DNA of 64,000 bases from contig NC_134031.1 in NCBI RefSeq assembly GCF_964204645.1, positions 13,565,807 through 13,629,806 on the forward strand, read 5' to 3'. A model generated the notes under the pieces. It worked only from the letters and a program-made list of their open reading frames with translations, searched no databases and was not told where the DNA came from. This stretch comes from Tubulanus polymorphus (lineage: Eukaryota; Animalia; Nemertea). Below, piece by piece: positions 53,379 through 64,000 of the stretch (positions within the stretch are counted from its first letter, which is position 1; every line of letters begins with the position of its first letter). The position numbers and the translations under genes are program-made.

Positions 53379-55748
53379 ATGCCAAATCGTTGTGTTTGCT
53401 TTGGGTGCGATTATTCGGATAGGGGTATATTTCTTTTTCCGAAGAATCCTGTTCTTCGAGAAAAATGGGCTTCTTTTGTAGGTTTAAAGCGATTGAATTG
53501 GAGCGGCCCAACGTCGAATAGCGTCGTGTGTTACCGGCATTTTACCAACGATGATTTCGTTAATAAAATGCAGTATGATGCACAATTTGCAAAGAGGTAA
53601 GTTTCATTCAGTCATCTTAACATTTATTCGAGACATGGTTTGAGAATAATTATTGTATGGGCTTGAAAATCACTGTTAAAAGGGTCGCATTTTCAAGTCC
53701 AATTCAAATCAATGAAATTTATTTTTTCCACGCGCGGTATCCAATTCATAATTTTTTATGTCAAAATGCCGTTTAACTTTTGTTTGCTAAGCGTGATTGT
53801 AAAACCATGCCTTCTAGGTCAGCTTACATCGTGTGACAATAGAAACATCTTTTCATTGAACTACTACTATAGGCCACAGTGCATTGGCCATCGTACAATA
53901 GGCTTTTATTGTCATTGTGAGTGCCTTACTTCACTCACTAACTACAATAACAAAATGAATATTTCACGAGCCTTGTGAATTAACGGTTGCCTTTTGCTTG
54001 AAATAGATTGTTGCTGAAACAAGGAGCCGTGCCATCGATCCACACTGTGATAGAAACCCCTGAATCTACATCTCAACCAGAGGATTTCTTCTCGCCACCA
54101 CGAAAGCCTGGACGAAAAGTGTTTGAGAAGAGGGAGAGACGGCGAGTCATTGCTGAGACTGAGAGCCAGGTTTTGCATAATCTTCAACCAAATTTGGTTG
54201 AAGATTATGCAAAACCTGGTGAAGATGACGGCGGGGAAGTGTATGCGGAACCCGGTATCAAATCAGAGTTCGAGGCGACAAGAGAATTTGCTGTGCAGGC
54301 TGAACCGGATTGTAAATCTCGAGGTAGGATTTTCATGATGGTATGGTGTATCATTGTCATTCAGTTTTGAATATATCACTGTAATCATTGAATTTCATGT
54401 TATTTAATGATAATTTTTTCTAGGGATGCAAACGCTGAAAGAAACTGCACAGGTGAAGACCAAAATTGTGTACCGCATCAAACCTAAGATTATCTACAGA
54501 ACGCCATTTAAGGCTCAGCGTTCAGTTGGAATCCAGGAAAATGCATTGAGTGAGTATTCTTTATTCAGTCTATATCGTATTATGGTACGGCTTGTATTAT
54601 GGGGTTTTTTATGATATCATCTATTCTCCCTATCTATTTAATCCTACTACTGTGATTGGTCTGTTTTAGCCCGAAACATTGGTATTCAATGTAAGCGACC
54701 TGCTGAAGAACTTACAAATACCTCAAAAGCCATTTGTATTGGAGAAGAATCAGATTTAGGGAGTGACAGTGAAGATGATGACTATCATCCAGATTCGGCA
54801 GAAGAGTCAGAGATGGACAGTGGCTCTGAGGATGATTCTGAAGGCAGAGTTATGTTTGAAGAAATGAGGTTAGTAAAGTATAATATTTTAATCATGAATG
54901 ATATTTTCCTTTCTTTTGTATAAAACTTCATTTATCATTGCAGTGATGAATCATGAAGACTGCAGCCATGAACCCATAACATCAGAAAAGAAATGGCTTT
55001 ATCCAGGTAAGATATTATCTATTGCAACTACTGAATCAGAAATTATATCTAATTTCATGTGATGAAACATTTGATGTACTATTTACAGGATCTTTGGTTG
55101 GTGATTCTATGCAAAAATATCTGACGAATACACGGGTTATAAATAAAGTGAAGATGATGTCACCATACGGCCAGACCAGTAAACTGGAGTGTCTTCACAG
55201 TTTATTCAATCATTTTGCCCCGAAGATGATTCAGTTTTCTTACAATGGAATGACAAGCAGGTAAGCAAAGTATATAACAATTGAGTGATTTCTATTTTTT
55301 CATACATATGTCCCTGCTAAGACTTATATCAATGTCTTATTTCTTCTCTTAGGTTACAAATAGCTGCCCTACATTTCAATGAGAATAGTGACAGAATACA
55401 AGGCACAAAGATTGATGGGACAAAAAAATATAGCATTGTCTATCCAAAATACAAGGACACCCACACATTACGAAAACTACTCACTGATGCCACTTATGGT
55501 GAATATTAAAGTCATTAACTAAACTTATGTAAATAATTCATTACCAAACACATTGTTGGCTAACAGTGTTTTTTATTTCAGAATATGTCGACATTTGCTG
55601 GAACAAGATACTCGAGGACGTGGAAGAAGCAGATAGGCCGAGGAAAATAATCACAGTACCACCAAATCTCACATCAAACAAAGAAAAAATCACCAAAGAG
55701 GAAGCCATCGCAATGCACAGGACAAGATTCAAAAAAACTAATAGATGA
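53379..55748 (+). pseudogene. Kolobok THAP-domain transposase, spliced, central catalytic region apparently missing
   Basis: THAP C..C..FP..W..C.RHF..AVPSI; C-terminal QTSKLECLHS..NHFAPK..LAALHFNEN-like; GT-AG introns. Confidence 0.8.
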
Positions 55749-56427
55749 TTGAATGGTAAGTCTCTTGACATTTGTATTGAAGGTATAATTTCATTTAAAA
55801 TTGTAATACATGCACATGAAAACATGACAATTATATTGATTTTCTTAAAAAATACATTCTTTTCAGGTCTGCGGAAAAAATGATGACCCGAAGTGATGAT
55901 TTAATTCGAAAAATAATGTACGAAGAAATATATTTGAAATTTGGCAGTTCAAAGATACCGAGTACGTTTTATTTCAACATCAGGAATCATGATATATCTT
56001 GTATTCGTTTTATAATTCAACCTAAAACATTTTTCATGTCTTTTTCAGGTGATAAAGACAAAATATCTACATTTGCATGGGAAGATTAATGGTGAAACTA
56101 CAAGTCTAAGTGAAAGTTGTAGACACCAGTTCACTCAATAAATGATCTGTAGAAAATTGATAGGAAACTGAAAATAAAATTATTGATCTGCTTAAGCATA
56201 ACAAAACTGCTCCTTACTTGAACAATTAATTGCGATCAGATGTTTAAATTAGAACTCAATGGATTGAAAGCAAAACGTTTTATACATTATAAATATGCAA
56301 TAAAATTTATATTTTATATCTAAGCGATGTCATTGTTTTATTAAAATATCTGTAAGAAAAGCACAAGTTAAGAAGAATATATAAACATCGTTAGAATTTT
56401 TAAGTTGAATACTTCTATTTTAATTCA

Positions 56428-57377
56428 TTATGGTCCATCAATCGACACATTACGAAATCCTTTATATACATGGTCCTCCTCATAACCGTCCTCAGGGAAA
56501 TGTGCGCGGATGCACGAAACGACACAAGCAGGCAAAATTCTCCTATTCTCCTTGCCCAAATATCCCCAACACCACCGAACAAATGATCTGTATGCTACAT
56601 GTCTTAATTTCGCATTTGCTGGCCCTTCAAAACTTTTCCGTCCGTACTGCCGTTTAAATTCGGTCCACATCAGCTGCAGGACCCAAGGGTTCAAACAGAT
56701 CGAAGCGAAAGCTGCTGTGTCCGTCATGCAGGTCTCTTCATTTTGTCCGGACTCCTCCCAAACCCATTCCAGTCTTCTTTTCACGACATCAATCTCCATA
56801 CAGCACACACACTCTTGCTCCGTCTCTAAGATCTGACAGTGTCCACATTGGCACCTAAAAAGATTATCCATAAAAATATTTTTAAGGTATGGATATAGGT
56901 ATCTACTTGTTGTAAGCCTATGCTGATGCAATGCAGTGCAAGAATAGTCCAGCAGTGCCAGCACAACGACGTTGAATCGCACTGAGCTTTTGAAACGAAC
57001 ATGATAAGATTCTCTCAACTTCGCCAACAAAGCTCAAAAACCTATAATTAAATCTACGGCTTAATGAATCTTAAAATATATATTTTTAAGTTAATTGTTA
57101 TATGAACATACCACTGATTCAGATTATCCAGCTCCAAACGGTTTATTCGGCCTTCGTCGTCGTCTCCCTCTGCCTCCGGTCTGGGTCCATCGCCGTTTCG
57201 CTTCGGTTCTGCCTCTGGTTCGTATAAATACGGCCCGATCATTAATTCCTCTTCGTCACTTGTTTCCTGCCATTCAAAATCACTAAGCGATTCATCTGAA
57301 TTTGATGCCGAAGTGGCATTAAATTCAGATGAATCGCTCCCATTGTCCGATTCTCTATTCATTTCTATAGACGCCAT
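56428..57377 (-). CDS. KolX (P2X7 C-terminal-like Cys-rich protein), two exons
   Basis: PYLYEPE; W|CQCGHC..ECVCC.E; RHVAYRSFVRW.WG.LGK.NRRILPACVV..IR..FP; intron about 56856-57110. Confidence 0.85.
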
Positions 57378-59988
57378 TATTGAGTCGCTGCCTTTAATGA
57401 CGTAGTTCTATAAATAGCCCGCAGTACACGTGTTTTTCCGGAACGATGTAAACAAAACGAGGCGCGCGAAAATCAAAATCATCAAATATCATTATAAATT
57501 GAAATTTTTTCCGATCTTTCAAATTGTCAATCTCAATAGTATACTATAATGAATCATTTTATTCCAAAAGTAGAAAATTCTTGAAAAAGTGTCAGTTACC
57601 CTTTAATAATTTAAAAATAAATGTATTTGGATTAATGCAATTACCAAATACAAAAGGTGAAAATATTAAAGATTATACATTGGAAGCTTTATATTTAACA
57701 GAATATTATGATGATGAAAATGCTATAGATTTGTTATATTACAAAAAAAGATGAAAATGAACATTATAAGTGGTTAAAACAAATTGATTTATTCTTTAGA
57801 ACAGAAAGTGATTTTAACAGTCATGAAATTTATCTATGTAGAAAATATTTATCTAAATTTAGAACTGAGAATGCGTTACTAAAACATAAAGAATTATGTG
57901 ATAAAAAAGATTTTGTAAATTAATAATGCCAACAGAAAAAGATTATAAATTGAAATTTACTAATCATAAATTTAGAAATATATAACAAAAAGCAATTTTT
58001 AAAATCAATGGATAAAGGAAATGAACTAAATGAAGATATAATTCAAGACCCACCAATCATAAACACAATTAAAAAAGTTCATCAAAGAGCTGCTGCTTAT
58101 GGAATTTACATAAAATCAAATTATCCCGAATTATATGAAAGTCAATACATTTCTTTTAGAGGTGAAAATGTAGTTAATGATTTTTGTAATAAAATAATTG
58201 AATTAGAAAGTGATTTTGCAGAATTATTAAACAAAATTGAAAGAATAGTTATGACAAAAGAAGATGAAATTTATTTTAATTATGCAACTCATTGTTGTTA
58301 TTGTGAAAAACGTTTTTATTCATTTGATAAAAAAGTTAGAGATCATGATCATTAAAATTCAAAATACCGCGGAGCTGCTCATGAAGATTGTAATGTATAA
58401 GCTAAGAAAGTTAATTTCGTACCAATATTATTTCATAATTTATCAGGCTATGATACCCATCTATTTATAAAACTTATCGGGAAAATTGGGCGCAATTAAT
58501 CAAGAAATAGAAGAATATAATGCTATGAATGGCGTAAATGTAAGAAAATATGATTTTAAACTATTAGCTAAAACATCTGAAAATTATATTTCATTTCAAT
58601 TTGGTTGCATTAGATTTTTAGATTCTTATAGATTTCTAGCAAGTTCATTAGATAATTTAGCAAAAAGTTTAGTTGATAATGATTTTGTTATAACTCGATA
58701 TTATTATCCAAATGAACAAGATTTTAAATCATTAAGAGATATAAAGGCGCAATTCAATATTCATTTTATAAAACACATAATGATTTTAATGTAACAAAAT
58801 AATTAAAAGATCAATTTTATGATCAATTAAAAGAGGAGTATGTGAAAGATGAAGTGTTTAATAGAACATTAAATATTTGGAACCATTTTAAGATGAAAAA
58901 TCATGGTGAATTAGTTGATTTATATTTAAAATCAGATGTTATGATATTGGCTGATATATTTGAAAAATTTAGAGAAGTTAATTTAAATAATTTTAATGTT
59001 GATCCTTGTTACTGTTATTCAAGTCCTGGTTTAACCTGGCAATGTGGTTTAAAATACACAAATGTAGAATTAGATTTATTAAAAGAACCAGACATGGTTT
59101 TATCATTTGAAAAATCAATTAGAGGTGGAATTAGTGGTGTTATGGGAAATCGATATTTTAAAGCAAATGATGAATTTAAATTATTATATATTGACGCTAA
59201 TAATTTATATGGTTGGGCAATGATGCAACCTCAACCGTACAAAAATTTTATATTAACAGAAGTTGAAAATGGTGATAAAACTGATTTGGAAAGCGCATTT
59301 GCGAGTTTAAAAGATGAAACACCAATTGGTTATTTCTTTGTAGTTGATTTAGAATATCCTGAAAATATAAAGTTTAAAACAAGAAACTTAACTTATTGCC
59401 CAGAACATTTAACTGTAGATGATAGTTATTTAAGTGAATACCAGAAGAAAATAAAACCGAAAGATCATGTTTTTACAGAAAAATTAATACTTACTCAAAA
59501 TAATAAATACAATTATATTGTTCATTATAGAATGTTAAGATTTTTATCCAAAACAAGGAATGAAATCAAAGAAAGTACATAGATATATTGAATCTAATCA
59601 ATCGAAGTGATTAGAAAAATATATAGATTTCAATACTCAACAGAGAACCATATCAAAAACAGATTTTGACAAAGATTTCTTCAAATTAATGAATGATAGT
59701 TTTTATGGTAAAACATGCGAAAATATTAGAAATAGAAATGATATTGAATTAGTAAATAATTCTGAAAGATTAAGACATTTACAATCAAGTCCTAGACATT
59801 TAGAAAATAAAAGATTTGAAGATTATTTAACAGCAGTTAAATTAAAAAGAACGTCAATGAAATTTAATAAACCTATATTCATTGGTTCAACTGTTTTAGA
59901 AGTATCAAAATTATTAATGTATCATTTTTATTATAATGTTGTACAACCACTTTTCGGGGAAAAACATATAGAAATCTTATATTTTGAT

Positions 59989-61053
59989 TCTCTTACAGCA
60001 GACACCCCAATATTATTAAAATGTAATGATAAAATATTGATAAGAAGAATTTCAGAAACAATTCCAAAACAAAATGAATGTTATATTTCATATGGTGAAA
60101 AAGAATTAATACAAATAAATGAATTAATGGATGTTTGGACAAGAAATGGATGGAAAAAATTAAAGAATATTATTAGGCATAAAACAGATAAGAAAATCTA
60201 TAGAGTTAGAACTAAATTAGGGTTTGTAGATGTTACAGAAGATCATAGTTTAAGTAGACGAAATGGCGATGAAATAAAACCAATTGATATAAAAATTGGA
60301 GATGAATTATTACATAAAAGATTTTTCCAAAGAATGAATCATATGTCATTCGACGAAATTATTGATAATATTTATAATATAGAACCTGAAACATTTGAAG
60401 AAAAGGAATATTTTATCAAAGGATTTTTCATGGGTGATGGTTCAGCAGGTGTGTATAATTATGTTTGGGGTAATAAATATTGTTGGTATTTATGCAATCA
60501 AGATTTGAAATTATTAGAAAGAATTAAGAAATTCTGTGAAGAAGTTTATTCACATATAACTTTTAGATTCATGGATCTTATGAAATCATCAGCAGTTTAT
60601 AGAATACTTGTAAATAATCCGAAAGATTTTGCTATAAAATATAATGATGAATTCTATATTCATGCAATAGTGAAAAGTAATACTTCAACAAAAGAAAAGA
60701 TAGTTCCAGATTATGTATTAAATGCAAAAGATAATTTAAGAAAATGGTTCTTCATTGGATTCTACGCAGCAGATGGTACTAAAAAATTTATTAAGTATAA
60801 AAATATAACCTTTGCACAAAAATGAAAAGTTGCTATATCAGGATTAAATATATTATGCAATTCATTAGGTTTTAATATGAATATTGGATTGATTAAATCT
60901 AAACCAAATTGCTTTAATTTAAACCATGTAGAAAATGAGTTAACAGAAGAAGTTAAAGATTTATTTGAAATATGTAACCCAACAGATTATGTTTATGATT
61001 TATCAACTGAAGATAGTACATTTAACTGTGGATTTCCATTAATAGCCAAAAAT
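59989..61053 (+). mobile_element. Intein with LAGLIDADG homing endonuclease in pPolB motif C
   Basis: YFD|SLTADTPILL (block A), VDVTEDHSL (B), FIKGFFMGDG (C), FFIGFYAADG (E), DYVYDLSTEDSTF (F), LIAKN|TD (G); one in-frame TGA at 60823. Confidence 0.95.
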
Positions 61054-61503
61054 ACGGACGCCTACATACTAAAAATCAAGACAAATGATATAACAAAAGA
61101 CTTAAAAACATTAAAACATCATTTTGATTTTAGCAATTACCCCAAACATCATGAACTATTTAGCAATGATAATAAAAAGATTCCTGGTAAATTTAAAGAT
61201 GAATTAGGGGGTGATGAAATGATTGAATTTGTTGGGATAAGAAGTAACATGTACAGTTATAGAACAAAAGATCATGAAGCTAAAAAATTAAAAGGAGTAA
61301 CAAAACATGTAGTTGATAAACATATAGAATTTCAAGATTATATAAAGTGTTTATATAACTCAATTGTAATGAAACATAAAATGAATTGTTTAAGAACAGA
61401 AGATCACGAGATGTACATTAATGAAGTTGAAAAAACTAGTTTAAATCCATTTGATGATAAAAGACATTTCAGATGATGGTATAAAAACATTACCTTATGG
61501 TTA

Positions 61504-62829
61504 TTAAAATGGATCAATATCATCAAACTCGAAATCACTATTGGTTTCTTCTTTTTCATTTAATTGTTCTTGTATAATTTGTTTAGGTTCTTCCATTTCA
61601 TTTTTCTCATTTAAATAAAGTTCTACATTGTACCACATTTCATCTCGCTCTCTTTGTTTCTTTTTGTTTGTTAATTCATCAAATGGAATTATAATATCGA
61701 TGTTTAAATAATTTACAATCTTATTTAAAAAGAATTCATAATTAATTGAATCTGTTATTCTATTATCCACATAATATCTTAATATTTGTTTGAATATGTC
61801 TTTTATATTTTCCATATCTTTTTCTGTTAATTTAGGTTTTTTATAATAATCGTTAAATAATAAATATAAATACATTTTCTTTTCTTGTGTGTTAAATGTT
61901 GATGGAATAATTGTTTTTATTATATCTTTTTAAGTTATTTCACCATTTTTATTTTCTATTATTTTTATTTTTTCAAGCCATTGCTTATATTCTGGTGTAT
62001 GATCTTCCATAGAAAATATATTAAATATTTCATCTAGATATTTTAATTTTGGTTCTATGAGAAAATCTCTAGTTTTTTCATCACCCCATAAATTCTTTTG
62101 CCATCCACATACATTACAAAATATCACAGAACCTTCTTGTCTTAAGTACTCATAAAAACATTTTGGGTATTTTTGTCTATCATAGCTTGGTAATAGATCT
62201 TCATTAAACTCTTGGTATTTTCTTACGTTTTCTTTATGTTTTATTGTTCTATTATGTAAATTTGAATTACTTGTTGTAATAATCAATTTACAATATTTAC
62301 AATAATATGTTTTTCTTGTTAATTCATTATATTGTTTTTCTAACTTTTCAACTGTTTCTTCATTATCTGGCAACGTTTTCTCACATTTTATTTTTTCTAA
62401 TATTTTATTTTTTCTTTCATTGAATTCAGTTTCAAATTTATTAGAAATTTTATCTATATGTATTTTACGAAATTGATCATTTTCCCAAGCTTCTTTGTTT
62501 TCAGGAATATATTTCATTCGACAAGGCTCGCAGAAATGATCTTTCATATTATCCTTGTCATAGAATAAGAAAAGTCTTTTCCAAATAATTTCAGATTCAA
62601 CTTCAGCAGAATTACTATTACTTTCATTACTATCAACATTAGCCGTTGCGCCATTAATTTTACACTTCTCTGAATGTTTTTTAACATAATTTCTTGAGAA
62701 TAATTTATTACATTTTGGGCAGTTTATTTTAGGGGGTTTATAATTTTCATCATGTTTTTTCATATGTCGAGCCATATTACTTTTTCTGATAAGTTCACCA
62801 CAAATTTCACATCCTATCTTCTCATCCAT
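61504..62829 (-). CDS. Multi-C2H2 zinc-finger viral protein (299 aa) plus downstream 123-aa ORF or frameshifted continuation
   Basis: CEIC..H.KKH, CPKC..H..C, CKYC..H....H; TAAATG start. Confidence 0.7.
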
Positions 62830-62897
62830 TTATTAAGGAAAAATTTTATTAAAATTAATTTATAGTGATGAGCGGTAATTCTTTTATGTTATAAATA

Positions 62898-63650
62898 ATG
62901 GTAGAATTAAAAGAATATAGAATATTTGTTGATTCTAGAAAACTTACAAATTATAAATCACATTATTTACTAATACAATTAGATAGAGAATTTAGAAATT
63001 GTGTAGATCTGAAATTAGTAAATATAAGTTTATGTAATTCTTTTCAAAATATATCGAATAAAAGTCTTGAACATAAAGTCTTTTTAGTTCATGATAGTAA
63101 TAAAAGTAAATGGTTTCATCTTTATATCAAACCAGGGTTATATAGTTTAGATATATTAGCGCAAGAAATTAAAAAAAAGGTCGAGTTAAATTAGGAAGTG
63201 ATACCGGATTTAACATTAGATTTTCAAAAAGTGATAGTTCTAATGAAATTAAGATAAAGTTAGATGATGATAACAAATACGCATTTTTAGTAAGAAAACC
63301 TTTAGCTAAACTGTTAGGAATAAGCCCGCATACTATTACAAGAAACATAGAAGGTAATTCAAATATAATACCTTTTACACACTTTTATATTTATTGCAAT
63401 TTAATTGATCCTACAAAAACATTTGAAGCAATAAAGTATAAGCAATTCTAGTATATTAAATATTTTACCATTAAAAAATGTTAAACAATTTGGAACACAA
63501 ATAAATTATAATTTAACAGAATGTGATTTTAAACCTTGTATTTCAAGTTTTAACAATTTTAAGTTAGAAATAAGAAATCACAATGGTTACTTAATTGATT
63601 TGAATAACTTTACTGTAATTTATGAATTAGTTATAAGATGTAAAGAGTTT
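62898..63650 (+). pseudogene. Minor capsid (penton)-like protein, copy C
   Basis: Paralog of 40063-42514, frameshifted. Confidence 0.7.
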
Positions 63651-64000
63651 TTTGTTATATAAATGAATATGACAGTAGGGCCGAGTATATGTTTTGGGTT
63701 TGATTTTAAACGTGAGAAAGAAATTAAATTTGATATTACTGATGTAATTACACATATTAAAAATATTGCATTTTGTAACGAAACAACATTTGAGTATGAA
63801 AAAACAATAGATAAAGAAACTTTTAATGTAGAAAAGATTACTAATTTAATTAGAGAATCTTTAAGATTTTATGAATTAGATGAAGATTTTATCATCGATG
63901 ATATTAAAAAAATAATAATTGAAATATATACAAATGAAACTAGTAATGAAATAAATGTTGAAATAATCATAACTAAGATAACTAAATATTTTGAAGATAG

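Larger units (their letters stand above)
53096..57602 (+). mobile_element. Kolobok DNA transposon (internally deleted)
   Basis: TTAA TSD 53092-95 and 57603-06, TIR AGGGTAACTGACACTTTTT, THAP transposase and convergent KolX. Confidence 0.9.
51999..61505 (+). pseudogene. Protein-primed PolB, intein-containing allele, interrupted by a Kolobok transposon
   Basis: Same motifs as copy A; PKIEKV|NNLKINVF rejoined across the TTAA TSD; several stops and frameshifts. Confidence 0.92.
51960..64000 (+). mobile_element. Polinton-like copy C (runs off the window)
   Basis: pPolB, zinc-finger ORF, penton-like and downstream ORF in the same order as copy A. Confidence 0.88.

Noticed and set aside
56428-57030. 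Host P2X7 receptor gene
   Set aside because: Only the Cys-rich domain is present, with no channel, and it lies inside Kolobok TIRs, so it is KolX.
60823-60825. TGA readthrough or alternative genetic code in the viral genes
   Set aside because: The same genes also contain TAA/TAG stops and frameshifts at different positions in each copy, so this is ordinary decay.
59989-61053. Hedgehog/Hint host domain or group I intron
   Set aside because: It is an in-frame protein insertion with N- and C-terminal splicing residues at a polymerase active site, and it is absent from the paralog.
31068-64000. Bacterial or free-virus contamination
   Set aside because: The viral genes are pseudogenised and interrupted by HINE and Kolobok families that also occur in the host gene introns of this window.

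Overview
Eukaryotic (animal, probably invertebrate) genomic DNA. Bases 1-29 kb carry the 3' 13 exons of an apparently intact class C GPCR (GABA-B receptor-like, + strand). Its introns are packed with nested mobile elements: LINE fragments, Penelope-like elements bearing hammerhead ribozymes, Helentron-type non-autonomous elements (HINEs), a decayed Ty3/Gypsy element with an extra SGNH-like ORF, Kolobok and MITE insertions. From 31 kb to the end lies a cluster of three decayed, very AT-rich Polinton/Maverick-like (adintovirus-like) endogenous viral elements encoding protein-primed PolB, a minor capsid (penton)-like protein and conserved small proteins, themselves invaded by HINEs and a Kolobok transposon. 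The standout observation is that one pPolB copy carries a 355-codon intein with a LAGLIDADG homing endonuclease in the catalytic YxD|TD motif (59989-61053), while a sister copy 25 kb upstream has the empty site. Nearly all viral ORFs start at a poxvirus-late-like TAAATG motif, and one copy begins with a 150-nt imperfect hairpin. Together these suggest (inference) a virophage-like satellite of a large cytoplasmic DNA virus. All family assignments are from motif recognition only; no searches were run.
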